The position numbers and the translations under genes were made by a program. From NCBI GenBank assembly GCA_017992555.1, contig JAGOOK010000002.1:21180-85179 (forward strand): DNA of 64,000 nt. The letters run 5' to 3'. Below, one piece after another: positions 19,400-27,749 of this stretch (positions are counted from its first letter, which is position 1; every line of letters begins with the position of its first letter). The notes beneath the pieces were generated by a model, which worked only from the letters and a program-made list of their open reading frames with translations, was not told the origin of the DNA and searched no databases. This DNA comes from Caldisericia bacterium. Lineage in GTDB: Bacteria; Caldisericota; Caldisericia; JAAYUI01.

Positions 19400-22024
19400 A
19401 TGGCAAACTTCGTTCTTCCAATCGGCAAGAAAATAGCAAACAATTACCAGATGCCGCCAAAAGCTTTGGAAAGGCTAACGCAGGCGGCAACGCTTGAGTC
19501 ATCGGATCTTCTAGATCTCCTTGACTCGAATATTGAAATTGGTCTTCACAGTTATGAGGCCAGAGACAGACTAAAGGAATACGGGCCCAACGAGGCTGTT
19601 GTTGAGCGAAAGCAAAACTGGATAAAAAAGCTTTTCAAAGCGTTTTATAACCCTCTTGTAATTTTGCTTCTCGGCCTTTCGGTTGTCTCCCTGTTTATTA
19701 AGGACATGAAATCCGCCTACATGATGATAATCATGGTCATTCTTGGTGTGAGCCTCAAATTTTTTCAGGAGCTCAAGGCAGACAGGGCTGTGGAAGCGCT
19801 TAAAGCGATGGTCCAAACTACTTCAACTGTTATTCGCGAGGGCAAACCCGAGGAAATAACGCTAAGCAATCTCGTTCCTGGGGATATCATCAAATTGTCT
19901 GCCGGAGACATTGTCCCGGCGGATGTCAGAATTTTGCAGGCAAAAGACCTTTTCTTAAACCAGGCCACATTAACAGGAGAGGCATTGCCAGTTGAGAAAT
20001 TTCCTGCCAGCGAAAAGTTTTCAACAAAAAATCCTCTTGAGTTCAACAATATTTGTTTTATGGGAACAAACATCGAAAGTGGGACTGCTTTGGCTGTGGT
20101 TGCAACAACAGGTTTTGACACTTTCTTTGGCAACCTTGCAAAGAGCGTTTCCCAGTCAGAGCAGAAAACCAACTTTGACAAAGGGATATCGCAAGTAACC
20201 TGGTTAATGATAGGCTTTATGGCGTTCCTTGTCCCTCTGGTGTTCCTGGTAAATTTCTTTGGCAAGGGAAACTGGCTGGAGGCTTTCCTCTTCTCGGTGT
20301 CTGTTGCTGTTGGCCTGACCCCGGAAATGCTCCCAATGATTGTCACAGTCAATCTTTCAAATGGTGCTATTGCAATGTCCAGAAAGCATGTGATTGTAAA
20401 AAAGCTTGGCTCAATCCAGAATTTGGGAGCAATGGACGTGCTCTGCACTGATAAAACCGGGACAATAACCCAGGGAAGAGTAGTACTCGAACAACACCTG
20501 GATGTTGATGGTGAAGATTCCGATGAAGTTCTGGAGTATGGTTTTCTAAACAGCTATCATCAGACTGGACTCAAGAGTATTCTTGATCAGGCCGTACTTG
20601 AGCACACTGAAATTGAGGAAAAGCTCCATGTAAAGGAAAATTTCAAAAAGGTTGATGAAATACCCTTTGATTTTGTGAGAAGGCGAATGTCGGTTGTTGT
20701 TGAAGACGCCTCCGGCAAACAAATAATAATATGCAAGGGTGCCGTTGAAGAGATATTTTCTGTGTGCACACAAATCCAGACCCAGGGTGTAGTTGAAAAA
20801 CTTGGCCTGGAACACATGCAAAAGGCAAAAGAACTTGTCGAGTGGTCAAACTCAAATGGTTTCAGGGCGCTTGGGCTGGCATACAGGGAAATGCCAGAAC
20901 ACCAGGAGGTTTATTGTGTCTCTGATGAAAGGGAAATGACCCTCCTTGGTTTCCTCACTTTCCTCGACCCGCCAAAAGTAACGGCAAAACAGGCCATAAA
21001 AGATCTCAGGGACCTTGGAGTAAGCGTAAAAATCCTCACGGGTGACAATGATCTTGTAAGCAAGAAAATATGCTCCCAGGTCGGGCTGGAAACAGGCTCG
21101 ATTGTCCTTGGTAGTCAGCTTGAAGAGATGGATGAATCCCAGCTCATCGAGATTGTGGAAAAAACAAATGTGTTTGCAAAACTTGCCCCATCGCACAAGG
21201 AACGAATCATAACAATCCTGAAGAAAAAAGGCCATGTTGTCGGTTTCATGGGCGATGGAATCAACGACGCACCGGCCCTCAAGGCCGCAGACGTGGGAAT
21301 ATCGGTTGACACTGCCGTTGATATTGCAAAGGAATCCTCGGACATCATTTTGTTAGGGGAGAGCCTGACTGTTCTTCAGGATGGACTAATAGAGGGCAGG
21401 AGGGTTTTTGGAAACATAATCAAATATATAAAAATGGCCGCTTCGTCCAATTTTGGAAACATGTTCAGCATACTTGGTGCGAGCTTCTTCATCCCCTTCC
21501 TCCCGCTGTTGCCCATCCAGATCCTCACAAACAACCTTCTTTATGATTTTTCGCAGACAGCCATCCCAACAGACAGGGTGGACGAGGAATGGATCCAGAA
21601 GCCAAGGAAATGGACCATAGGCAGCATCAGGCAATTTATCATCTTCATCGGACCAATCAGCTCGATATTTGATTATCTGACGTTTTTTGTGATGATATTT
21701 GTCTTCGGCGGCCTGGGAAAACCTGAACTCTTCAGGACAGGCTGGTTTGTCGAGTCGCTTTTGACCCAAACGCTCATCATACATGTCATCAGGACCAACA
21801 AGGTTCCATTCCTGCAAAGCAGGGCTAGCCTTCCCCTCACGATCACCTCGATTGTCATTGCCCTGGCAGGTATATACCTCCCATACTCACCGCTTGCCGG
21901 AGCACTTGGCCTTGTTGGCCTGCCGCCGCTCTACTGGCCAATCGTTTTCGCAATGCTGGTGTGCTATATTGTGCTCACCCAGGCGGTCAAAACCTGGTTC
22001 ATAAAGAGGTACCCAGAGCAGTAG
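19400..22024 (+). CDS. mgtA: magnesium-importing P-type ATPase (MgtA-like, P3B)
   Basis: It is 874 aa with an MgtA-type N-terminus and the motifs CTDKTGTITQG, ILTGDN and MGDGINDAPALK. A GAGGT ribosome-binding site precedes the start. Confidence 0.85.
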   Translation: MANFVLPIGKKIANNYQMPPKALERLTQAATLESSDLLDLLDSNIEIGLHSYEARDRLKEYGPNEAVVERKQNWIKKLFKAFYNPLVILLLGLSVVSLFIKDMKSAYMMIIMVILGVSLKFFQELKADRAVEALKAMVQTTSTVIREGKPEEITLSNLVPGDIIKLSAGDIVPADVRILQAKDLFLNQATLTGEALPVEKFPASEKFSTKNPLEFNNICFMGTNIESGTALAVVATTGFDTFFGNLAKSVSQSEQKTNFDKGISQVTWLMIGFMAFLVPLVFLVNFFGKGNWLEAFLFSVSVAVGLTPEMLPMIVTVNLSNGAIAMSRKHVIVKKLGSIQNLGAMDVLCTDKTGTITQGRVVLEQHLDVDGEDSDEVLEYGFLNSYHQTGLKSILDQAVLEHTEIEEKLHVKENFKKVDEIPFDFVRRRMSVVVEDASGKQIIICKGAVEEIFSVCTQIQTQGVVEKLGLEHMQKAKELVEWSNSNGFRALGLAYREMPEHQEVYCVSDEREMTLLGFLTFLDPPKVTAKQAIKDLRDLGVSVKILTGDNDLVSKKICSQVGLETGSIVLGSQLEEMDESQLIEIVEKTNVFAKLAPSHKERIITILKKKGHVVGFMGDGINDAPALKAADVGISVDTAVDIAKESSDIILLGESLTVLQDGLIEGRRVFGNIIKYIKMAASSNFGNMFSILGASFFIPFLPLLPIQILTNNLLYDFSQTAIPTDRVDEEWIQKPRKWTIGSIRQFIIFIGPISSIFDYLTFFVMIFVFGGLGKPELFRTGWFVESLLTQTLIIHVIRTNKVPFLQSRASLPLTITSIVIALAGIYLPYSPLAGALGLVGLPPLYWPIVFAMLVCYIVLTQAVKTWFIKRYPEQ

Positions 22025-22115
22025 AATTTTGGGCGATTATTGCCATGCTGTTTTCAGGTGCATATAATCCTGAAAACACAATTGCTGTTGGCTTGGGAAG
22101 GAGCAAACACAACCA

Positions 22116-22727
22116 GTGGAAAAGATCGACCTCAAAAAACAGTTTGCAGGCCTCTACAACCCGCCAAAAACGCCAGTGATGGTGGAAGTTCCGCAGTTCA
22201 ACTTCATCATGGTGGACGGAAAAGGCGACCCGAACACATCCGAGGAGTACCAGAACGCTATGCAGGTGCTCTACTCGCTCTCATACACCCTCAAGTTCAT
22301 GGCCAAAAAAGCGCTGGAAAAGGACTACACGGTCATGGCGCTGGAGGGCCTGTGGTGGGCGGAAAATATGGATGATTTCCTGAATGGAAACAAATCAGAC
22401 TGGCTCTGGACAGCCATGATTATGCAGCCGGACTTCATCACAAGGGAGCATTACGAGGCAGTCCTCTCAGAGGTAAAAAAGAAAAAGCCCAATCCGTCAC
22501 TTGAGAAGGCAAGGTTCGAGGCGTTCAGGGAGGGGCCGTCAGCCCAGGTAATGCACATCGGACCTTATTCTGCCGAGAGGTCAACAGTGGCCGCGCTCCA
22601 TGAATTCATCGACAAAAGCGGAATGAAACCACGCGGCAAGCACCACGAGATATATCTTGGCGACCCCAGGAAGGCCGACCCTGCAAAGCTGAAAACTGTT
22701 ATCAGACAGCCAGTGGAGAAGGTTTAG
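22116..22727 (+). CDS. GyrI-like small-molecule-binding domain protein
   Basis: It is about 200 aa with HEIYLGDPRKADPAKLKTVIRQPV at the C-terminus, which is typical of GyrI-like/AraC effector-binding domains. Confidence 0.6.
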   Translation: MEKIDLKKQFAGLYNPPKTPVMVEVPQFNFIMVDGKGDPNTSEEYQNAMQVLYSLSYTLKFMAKKALEKDYTVMALEGLWWAENMDDFLNGNKSDWLWTAMIMQPDFITREHYEAVLSEVKKKKPNPSLEKARFEAFREGPSAQVMHIGPYSAERSTVAALHEFIDKSGMKPRGKHHEIYLGDPRKADPAKLKTVIRQPVEKV

Positions 22728-22783
22728 GAGAATAGTCGACGATAATTTGCAAAATAAATGCAAAATGATAATGTATTATCGGG

Positions 22784-23938
22784 ATGAAAACAAAATTTGA
22801 CAAATTGCCTAAAGGGGATTCATTTGTTTGGATAATCGTTGTTTTGGCTGTTGTTTTTGCAATATGTTTTATTTTTGTCCCCCAAGACAAAAAACAGTAT
22901 AATGATATTGTCAGTTACTTCTTTTCTGCCGCACCACAAACAATGGGGGCGATACTTGGGATTGCATTATCGGCTTTATACATAATGATACCAAATTTAG
23001 CAAAAGGTGCTTTGTCTGAGCCCTTAAAAAAACTGTTGTTTTCAGATTATTGCTTAAAGAATTCGGTCAAATTTGGATTGGTTCCCATTTCTTCAATAAT
23101 TTTTATCCCTTTCAGCTCACTAAAAATGCCGCTTATTGTGGAAAAGATATCAATATCGTTAAGTTTATCATTGGTTTTTGCTTGTGGCATTTTGTCGATT
23201 TATTACCTGACAAAATTCATTACTGATCGGTACGAGCTTTATTCAAATTATAGGAAAATGTTGAATTCAGATCTAAATAAAACAGCTGATAGAAAAAGAA
23301 ATATCTTATTAATAGAACTAAAGATACTCCTTTTTATCGAAGGAAAAGAAGATGATGAAATTAGTACGTCAGAACAAGATGATGTTATAAAAGACATACT
23401 TAATCATCTAGAAAAATGGGATGACATAATTGTAGTTTCCCAGATAGCCTCAGATATAGTAAACAGTATAAAAAATAATAAAAAAGATATAAGTAGCTCT
23501 ATACAAAAGATTTATTACAAATTTACTGATTTAATTAGAAAAATAGATGTGCAAAAAAATAAGAGTTTTGAATATAAGAAAAATCATATTGATGATTACA
23601 TCGATGTTGCGATCAATTTTTGTTACCATATTGTTTCCCCTCGATTAGAAAATAGTATAGGAATTATTAATAAAATACCTGAAGATTTATATATAAGATC
23701 ACATAACCCAATAACAAATTACATTGAATTCCTAAGCCACTCATTTATTGATTTGTTTGATTTAAAGATGTATTTTGAAATAAATAAAAAAATAGAAAAT
23801 CATCATAAAGATAAATTGAGATATATCGCTTCGTATTTAAAAAAATTACAGGATCATGAAAAAGAAAGAATCTCAGTAGAAGTATACCAAGAATATATGA
23901 GCATATTAGATAAGCTTTTAGCTGACAAAAACCAATAA
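22784..23938 (+). CDS. hypothetical membrane protein (very AT-rich, Lys/Ile/Asn-rich); first gene of the AT-rich island
   Basis: Four N-terminal TM segments are followed by a long charged, helical cytoplasmic region. Composition is atypical versus the flanks. Confidence 0.5.
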   Translation: MKTKFDKLPKGDSFVWIIVVLAVVFAICFIFVPQDKKQYNDIVSYFFSAAPQTMGAILGIALSALYIMIPNLAKGALSEPLKKLLFSDYCLKNSVKFGLVPISSIIFIPFSSLKMPLIVEKISISLSLSLVFACGILSIYYLTKFITDRYELYSNYRKMLNSDLNKTADRKRNILLIELKILLFIEGKEDDEISTSEQDDVIKDILNHLEKWDDIIVVSQIASDIVNSIKNNKKDISSSIQKIYYKFTDLIRKIDVQKNKSFEYKKNHIDDYIDVAINFCYHIVSPRLENSIGIINKIPEDLYIRSHNPITNYIEFLSHSFIDLFDLKMYFEINKKIENHHKDKLRYIASYLKKLQDHEKERISVEVYQEYMSILDKLLADKNQ

Positions 23939-24099
23939 CAAAAAAGTAACTGACCAGATATAAACTGTCTACCTGCTGAACTATTATAAACCAGCGCTGG
24001 AAAACACGATCAAGTCGTGAATTTATAATTTATAAGTTTGTCCATTCATCTTGGATCGCATATACTTTTAAAAAGAGTATTTTATTATATTATAACAAC

Positions 24100-24531
24100 A
24101 TGTGGAAGAAAATCCTTGTTCAAGGCGTTTTACTAGCGCTTATGATATTGGCGTTTTTTCGCCTATATCTCTTTGCTTTCAACAAAGATGTCATATACGC
24201 TTACACCAGCATGAAGGAGTTTGCTGGTTTTATCCTGATTGCCGTTGTACTCAATTATCCTGTTTGTTATTTGTACAAGCGAATTTTCAAGAAACAAATT
24301 GAAAAAGACCAGGCATCACTCTATTCTAAAAGCTGGTTTGTCAGATTGGTTTGCGGGTTTGTTGTCATATTACTTGATTTATTTGTAATATATTTGTTCA
24401 ATGGTTTTGAACAAACAACTTTTGTTGCAGTATTGGTTATTTTTGTCGTATCATATGGGCTATTTGCCATATACGCCGTAATCCTTGAGTTAATAACAAA
24501 TATCTTGATGGTGGTAGAGAAAAGTAGTTGA
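24100..24531 (+). CDS. small 3-TM membrane protein, tandem paralog 1 of 4
   Basis: It carries the MWKKILV start and the shared core YLYKRIFKKQIEK...LYSKSWFVRLVCGFV...LFNGFEQT. Confidence 0.6.
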   Translation: MWKKILVQGVLLALMILAFFRLYLFAFNKDVIYAYTSMKEFAGFILIAVVLNYPVCYLYKRIFKKQIEKDQASLYSKSWFVRLVCGFVVILLDLFVIYLFNGFEQTTFVAVLVIFVVSYGLFAIYAVILELITNILMVVEKSS

Positions 24532-24532
24532 T

Positions 24533-24593
24533 CTTTGTAAAACCTCACGGCCCAACACAAAAACATGATTGAACCGTGAGTCCGCAAATTGCC
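24533..24593. repeat. hairpin-containing repeat copy A (GATCTTTGTAAAACCTCACGG...CCGTGAGTCCGCAAATTGCC) fused to the stop codon of paralog 1
   Basis: A near-identical copy lies at 26065..26126, and the inverted-repeat arms are CTCACGG/CCGTGAG. Confidence 0.7.
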
Positions 24594-24658
24594 TTCCCTT
24601 CATTGTAGATCTTATGTTTGCTATTTTATAAAAAGAGGATTTTTTTATAATAAAAAAC

Positions 24659-25072
24659 ATGGGGAAGAAAAAAATCTTTCAATATGTTTTCTCGATATTT
24701 TTGATACTGGCACTTGTAATTGCTTATTTTCTTATCTTCAAACCGGCATCCCACATAAGCCTTAAGAACATCCTTTCTGACATTCTTTTTATAACGATTT
24801 ATCTTGCCATCTACTATTTGTATAAGCTAATCTTTAATGTAAAAATTGAACAGGGCCGTGTTCCGCTTTACTCCAGAAGATGGTTTATCAGGCTCGTTTG
24901 TGGATTTATTACCATTGCGTTTGCTTCGTTTCAGATATATCCATTGTTTAATGGTTTTGAGCAAACAAGTATCGACACAACCTTGATTGCTTTTGCCGCA
25001 TCATACGGATCGTTTATTTTCTTTGTTGGAGTTCTTGAGTTGATTTATTTGGAGATGAAAAGGAGTAATTAA
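24659..25072 (+). CDS. small 3-TM membrane protein, tandem paralog 2 of 4
   Basis: It carries the shared core LYSRRWFIRLVCGFITIAF...LFNGFEQTS. Confidence 0.6.
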   Translation: MGKKKIFQYVFSIFLILALVIAYFLIFKPASHISLKNILSDILFITIYLAIYYLYKLIFNVKIEQGRVPLYSRRWFIRLVCGFITIAFASFQIYPLFNGFEQTSIDTTLIAFAASYGSFIFFVGVLELIYLEMKRSN

Positions 25073-25095
25073 ATGTTTTTTTCAATCTCTACCCT

Positions 25096-25117
25096 CTATT
25101 GCAGGTATTGTAGAAAG
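25096..25117 (+). promoter_or_regulatory. conserved 22-mer CTATTGCAGGTATTGTAGAAAG, promoter-like, upstream of paralog 3
   Basis: An identical 20/22-mer lies at 25578..25599. It is followed by TATATAAT about 8 nt before the ATG. Confidence 0.45.
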
Positions 25118-25131
25118 TATATAATAAAAAC

Positions 25132-25554
25132 ATGTGGAAAAAAATTCTTGTTCTAAGCGCTTTTATTATAATTTCGATACTAATACTTTACTTCATTAGG
25201 TATTTCATTTTCGCACTTTGTCTCACGTTTCTCCAAATTTGCGTAAAAAATGTCTTTTTTATTGCTATTGCCATGCTGATTTATTTCCCAATTTACTGTT
25301 TATACAGAGTAGTTTTCAAGATAAAAGATGAACAGGGCCACGTGCCACTTTATTCCAGGAGCTGGTTTATAAAGCTTGTTTGTGGGTTTGTTACTATCGC
25401 GTTTGATTTATTTTTTATCCATCCGCTATTTAATGGTTTTAAGCACTTGTATATTAAAATTAGTTTAATTGTTTTTGTCACGATTTATATTTTGTTTATT
25501 ATATATGTTGGAGCTTTTGAGTTGGTTTGTTGGGTGATGAAAAAGAGCAATTAA
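25132..25554 (+). CDS. small 3-TM membrane protein, tandem paralog 3 of 4
   Basis: It carries the MWKKILV start and LYSRSWFIKLVCGFVTIAF...LFNGFKH. Confidence 0.6.
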   Translation: MWKKILVLSAFIIISILILYFIRYFIFALCLTFLQICVKNVFFIAIAMLIYFPIYCLYRVVFKIKDEQGHVPLYSRSWFIKLVCGFVTIAFDLFFIHPLFNGFKHLYIKISLIVFVTIYILFIIYVGAFELVCWVMKKSN

Positions 25555-25577
25555 GCATTTTTTTGAATTCCCACCTT

Positions 25578-25599
25578 TTATTGCAGGTATTGTAGAAAG
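25578..25599 (+). promoter_or_regulatory. second copy of the conserved TTATTGCAGGTATTGTAGAAAG element, upstream of paralog 4
   Basis: It is identical to the core at 25096..25117, and a TATAAT box lies at 25611..25616 just before the ATG at 25623. Confidence 0.45.
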
Positions 25600-25622
25600 A
25601 GAATATTTTGTATAATAGCAAT

Positions 25623-26066
25623 ATGTGGAAAAAAATCCTTGTTCTAAGCATTTTATTGGCGATTGTTCTTATGGCATTTTTGAATTTATGTGGCCGTGCT
25701 TTATTTAATGATGACGTATATGCTTGTATTAGAACAAATGAATTTCCTGTTTTTATACTGTTTGCCGTTTTATCCGGTTGTCCCACTATCTATCTATACA
25801 AGCGAATTTTCAAAAAAAAGATTGAAAAAAATCCAACATCGTTTTATTCCAAAAGTTGGTTTATAAAGCTTGTTTGCGGGCTTGTTGTTATATCGACTGA
25901 TATAATTTTGATCTATCTCTTACGCAGTCATCGACATCCCATTTTTACAGAGATATCATGGGTTATCTTTATATTATCGTATGGGTTATTTGCCACATAC
26001 ACCATAATGACTGAGCTGATAAATAATATTTTGGTGACGCTAGAGGCCATAGAGAAAAATGGCTGA
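25623..26066 (+). CDS. small 3-TM membrane protein, tandem paralog 4 of 4
   Basis: It carries the MWKKILV start and FYSKSWFIKLVCGLVVIS. The track ORF starts upstream at 25608. Confidence 0.6.
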   Translation: MWKKILVLSILLAIVLMAFLNLCGRALFNDDVYACIRTNEFPVFILFAVLSGCPTIYLYKRIFKKKIEKNPTSFYSKSWFIKLVCGLVVISTDIILIYLLRSHRHPIFTEISWVIFILSYGLFATYTIMTELINNILVTLEAIEKNG

Positions 26067-26126
26067 TCTTTGTAAAACCTCACGGTCCAACCATGTTTTT
26101 GTGTTGGACCGTGAGTCCGCAAATTG
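26065..26126. repeat. hairpin-containing repeat copy B (perfect 13-bp stem CTCACGGTCCAAC/GTTGGACCGTGAG) fused to the stop codon of paralog 4
   Basis: It is near-identical to copy A and closes the paralog array. Confidence 0.7.
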
Positions 26127-26160
26127 CCCCTTTTGGTTGGTTTGAGCACTTCCTACATCG

Positions 26161-26451
26161 TCACGGCTGTCCTTCGAGCCCCTCGCCTTCCTCTGTTTCC
26201 CCCTCCTCGTTGCGGATCCTGTATCTGTACTGATTGCCTTCGCCTTCCTCGTTCTCTTCACCTTCTTCACCAGGCGGCATCTGGAATTCCTGGCCATTCT
26301 GGAAACCTCCTGGTGGCCTTCCTCTTCCTTCGCCACGTTCTCCAGAACTCCAGAAACCAACAACTTGTGCCAGCTGGATCAATCCAATGAAAAGAACAAC
26401 AAAAAGAATTCCTGCGATATAAGGCTTTATTTTCATTTTTTCACCATCCAA
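26161..26451 (-). CDS. small membrane-anchored protein with Gly/Glu-rich acidic tail
   Basis: An N-terminal TM helix is followed by low-complexity EGEENEEGEGN...EEGETEEGEG. It overlaps the 5' end of the NapH-like gene, suggesting an operon. Confidence 0.4.
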   Translation of the reverse strand: MDGEKMKIKPYIAGILFVVLFIGLIQLAQVVGFWSSGERGEGRGRPPGGFQNGQEFQMPPGEEGEENEEGEGNQYRYRIRNEEGETEEGEGLEGQP

Positions 26452-27223
26452 TCTTGAAGCTGAGGGCTGTCGGGCATTCTTCCACGCACTTCATGCAGCT
26501 GATGCACTGGCCCCTGTCTATTTTTGTTTGTCTGCTGATTGGTATCTGCTTTGGGCAGACCTCTTCACAACTCTTGCATGACGTGCAGTCTTCATTTGAG
26601 TGCACAACACCCGTTGCCGAGAGCTTTGCAAACGGGAGAATGACTGCGCCAAGCGGGCAAAGGTATCTACAGAAGAACCTTTCGATAAACATCGAACCGA
26701 TTAGGATGAGCACCAGGACGACAAGGCCAACGGCAAACACCCTACCGAATGAGAAGAGGTTCAGGAACGGGTCGACTGTGCCAAACACCAGAAAGCCAAT
26801 CGAGAAGGTCATATAGAGGATGGCCGCAAGGACGACATACCTGAACCAGACCAGAACATTGTGCAACTTTTCTGGAACAATTATTCTTTTTTTCCAGAAA
26901 ACCCTTCTCAGCATGAAAAGCCATTCTGTGATCGAACCCACAGGGCAAACCCAGCCACAGAACGCCCCGCCAAACGCCAACACAGACAGCAAGAGTGCTA
27001 TCAGCATGACAAAGTTTGACAGGCCTGTTTCATGGACAAACTTTAGACCCCCAGAAGCAAGAAATGTTGGCAATGTCTCTACCCCACCGAAGGGGCAGAT
27101 TCCATGTAGCTCGATTCCCCTGACCCCAGGAAAAATGAATCGCCCCAGAGTGTAATACAGAATCAGAAGTACAAAGCCAATTTGGGAGAGATGACGGATG
27201 AGCGCATACTTTTTTTGTTTCAT
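26441..27223 (-). CDS. NapH/MauN-like polyferredoxin membrane protein (4Fe-4S binding)
   Basis: It has four or more TM helices, two CxxxCP motifs (CGWVCPVG, CRYLCPLG) and two ferredoxin motifs (CTSCKSCEEVCP, CISCMKCVEECP). Confidence 0.7.
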   Translation of the reverse strand: MKQKKYALIRHLSQIGFVLLILYYTLGRFIFPGVRGIELHGICPFGGVETLPTFLASGGLKFVHETGLSNFVMLIALLLSVLAFGGAFCGWVCPVGSITEWLFMLRRVFWKKRIIVPEKLHNVLVWFRYVVLAAILYMTFSIGFLVFGTVDPFLNLFSFGRVFAVGLVVLVLILIGSMFIERFFCRYLCPLGAVILPFAKLSATGVVHSNEDCTSCKSCEEVCPKQIPISRQTKIDRGQCISCMKCVEECPTALSFKIGW

Positions 27224-27497
27224 GCTACAAAAATTCCTCCTGACTTTTTATTAATAAAATCGCCATGATTTCTAATACTACGATTTATAGTAAAAAGTCA
27301 GGGTGGTCGAGTTAACCTTGGTTGTAACAAAATTTCAATCAATTTATTGGGTGGTGTCCAATCTTTGAAGTCGGAACATTAATAAGGTTAAAGAAATCCA
27401 GAATAATAATTATCATAATATTTAATTTAATTTAATGATCAATTCTTGATGCCAAATAACGTCATGGTACTCGTTTAGACAGAAAGGAGGTGGAGAG

Positions 27498-27686
27498 ATG
27501 CCTTATCAGCACAATATAAATTCAATAAAGGTATCAGTTGAAAGTGGCTTTGTCAATACGGAAATCATGGAACCCATTTCTGGCTTGTCAGTTGTCTGGA
27601 TAGACCAACAAAACTACAATCCTGCTACCATGGAAGTCTGTGCGTGTCCAAATTACAGGTGCTGGACCAATAATGCAATGGTCTGA
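27498..27686 (+). CDS. candidate RiPP precursor peptide (62 aa, Cys-containing C-terminal core ...TMEVCACPNYRCWTNNAMV)
   Basis: A strong ribosome-binding site AAGGAGGTG lies 6 nt before the ATG. It is small, has a leader-like N-terminus, and sits immediately upstream of the rSAM/SPASM enzyme. Confidence 0.55.
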   Translation: MPYQHNINSIKVSVESGFVNTEIMEPISGLSVVWIDQQNYNPATMEVCACPNYRCWTNNAMV

Positions 27687-27693
27687 TGGGATT

Positions 27694-27740
27694 AATACAA
27701 AAAGAGGGGGAGGTATTTATCCCCCCTCTTTTTGTATTGA
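27694..27740 (+). terminator. intrinsic terminator/attenuator hairpin between precursor and rSAM gene
   Basis: A 17-bp stem AATACAAAAAGAGGGGG/CCCCCTCTTTTTGTATT has a GC core and a trailing TTTTTGTATT. It is followed by the GAAGGAGG ribosome-binding site of the next gene. Confidence 0.7.
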
Positions 27741-27749
27741 AGGAGGATC

